Source: Adineta vaga (lineage: Eukaryota > Animalia > Rotifera). From it: a stretch of DNA of 64,000 nt. Location of the stretch: assembly GCA_021613535.1 (NCBI GenBank), contig CP075493.1, positions 15,996,001 to 16,060,000 of the forward strand, in the 5' to 3' direction. Position numbers and translations under genes: made by a program. This document shows, one piece after another, positions 62,616 to 64,000 of the stretch. The notes under the pieces were generated by a model. The model saw nothing but the letters and a program-made list of their open reading frames with translations, did no database searches and had not been told where the DNA came from. The number at the start of each line of letters is the position of its first letter. The stretch's first letter is position 1.

Positions 62616-63398
62616 TTAAGTGTTAGCAACAGGGGGAGTGTTTGCATCATCCAGTGACACCGAAACTTTATTTTGCCGTTTCTTCGCTGCCCACAACTTG
62701 CTAACCATCTTGTATGTCGATTCACGTGCCGATTGTATCTGATTCCAGCAAGTGAAATAGCAGATCAAATAGAAGCCGGGTGTTGATATGATGAAAACGT
62801 CAATAATGTATAGTGGATTCTTCGTTTTCATAGCTATTTTCACAAACCACATTAGAATCAAGCCATAGAATATGCATAGAAGTGGATAAACGACAATCAG
62901 GATCATGTTTATTATAACCTTGACGTCTTGAGCGCAACGGTTGAGAGCAGTGTGGATATGCACCAATAAATAACCGAATACTAACAATAGAATGATGAAA
63001 AGGAATGTACCGATAGCGATGACTATTTGGTCAGTGATTAAGTTGTCTACAACCACCTCAATCTCGTGTCGAAACTTCTCCAGAGCTCCACTGAACGCAG
63101 CAATCGCAGCATTTTTAGCGCGTTCGATGGTGAACTCAGCAGTGCCTGACAATGTTTGATTGATATTCGCGATAACTTCCATTGCATCCTCTTTTATTTT
63201 ATCGGTTGCTTTATTCAGTAGGTCTAGTATATTCTGCATGATGTTGTTAAAAAATCTTTCCGTAGTGCTGCTAGTCGAAATGCTGTTCAAATTATGAAGT
63301 ATTTCGGAGCTAGTCTGTCGAGTTATATTGACGAAGCCGGTGGCAATGTTCGATAGTGCCTGAACGGTATTATTCAGATCCACGATGAGTTTGTCCAT
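62616..63398 (-). CDS. Hypothetical membrane protein (amphipathic helical N-terminus, 3 TMs)
   Basis: 260 aa ATG ORF with three hydrophobic segments; no family recognised. Confidence 0.6.
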   Translation of the reverse strand: MDKLIVDLNNTVQALSNIATGFVNITRQTSSEILHNLNSISTSSTTERFFNNIMQNILDLLNKATDKIKEDAMEVIANINQTLSGTAEFTIERAKNAAIAAFSGALEKFRHEIEVVVDNLITDQIVIAIGTFLFIILLLVFGYLLVHIHTALNRCAQDVKVIINMILIVVYPLLCIFYGLILMWFVKIAMKTKNPLYIIDVFIISTPGFYLICYFTCWNQIQSARESTYKMVSKLWAAKKRQNKVSVSLDDANTPPVANT

Positions 63399-63447
63399 TT
63401 TTTGTTTTTTTTTGTGATTCTAAATGAAGAGACAGGATAATCACACT

Positions 63448-63453
<6 letters not shown>

Positions 63454-63488
<35 letters not shown>
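63454..63488. repeat. (TC)n microsatellite
   Basis: About 17 TC units. Confidence 0.95.
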
Positions 63489-63491
<3 letters not shown>

Positions 63492-64000
63492 CATGACACA
63501 ATTCCAGCTGCTTTCAATAAACTCATTTTCGATAATAACAAGAACTGAAAGGAGCAGCGTAGTAATGAGAAGAAGACAGTTATTGGAACATTGTCAGTAC
63601 ATGATAATTTTTGCGTCGGTACCCTGATCATCCTTGAACAGATGCGCGCGAACGAAGTATTTCTCGTCTTTATATAGTTTCTTAAATTTTCGAGAAAATC
63701 CCAAAACATTGACTTGCTTAACGACATAATGCAATGCTAAAACTATTGGTCCAAACAGATCTTCGCATGTTTTACTGCGTAACAAAGCTGTTAGCGCAAT
63801 TCCTGTGAGCTCAAAATAAGAAACACGATCGAACTAATTGCGCCATGAATAAAAAAAACTTTACAAACGTGCGTGTCACAGTCTGTTATGTCTGGATCGT
63901 GAGGTGCGTTCCGTTTGTAATATGTCGTTGCCAAGGTCTCTGCCAATTCCTAGATTCCTGTGACTTTTATCCATCAGAAGAGAGAGCAGAAGGAAATTTT

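Noticed and set aside
1-64000. Reverse transcriptase, telomerase or recombinase responsible for the linkers
   Set aside because: No such ORF is recognisable in this window; the enzyme would have to act in trans.
1-64000. Bacterial contamination as the source of the bacterial-like genes
   Set aside because: Two of them have GT-AG introns, and all share host base composition and are interleaved with metazoan gene families.

Overview
AT-rich eukaryotic genomic DNA with short (about 47-60 nt) GT-AG introns. It is most consistent with a bdelloid rotifer; this is an inference from the expanded ART-TPR, NHL/EGF, F-box and orphan GPCR families, bacterial-type genes carrying introns, and TGTGGG/TGAGGG telomere-type repeats. 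The window is a patchwork of intact genes, gene fragments and transposon pieces. The main unexplained structure is a roughly 45-75 bp linker found about every 0.2-5 kb: about 17 two-armed copies plus about 12 half or degenerate copies. Its form is (CA)TCTTGAGGGTGTGGGTGT - a mostly unique 8-30 nt spacer - ACACCCACACCCTCAAGA(TG). Each DNA segment is therefore capped at both ends by 2-4 telomere-type repeats in true telomere polarity, and neighbouring segments are joined cap to cap. Genes and transposons are cut exactly at many of these sites. One linker sits inside an intron of an otherwise collinear gene. Two half-sites carry a tRNA-headed repeat ending in (CACACC)n. Together these suggest a reverse-transcriptase or telomerase-templated 'cap-and-join' system that heals breaks and assembles gene-sized cassettes. 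Cargo includes an ICK toxin-like peptide precursor, two ADP-ribosyltransferase-TPR genes, HGT-like hydrolases, an ABCG transporter, a SOUL protein, GPCRs and an F-box gene. All calls were made by eye; no database searches were run.
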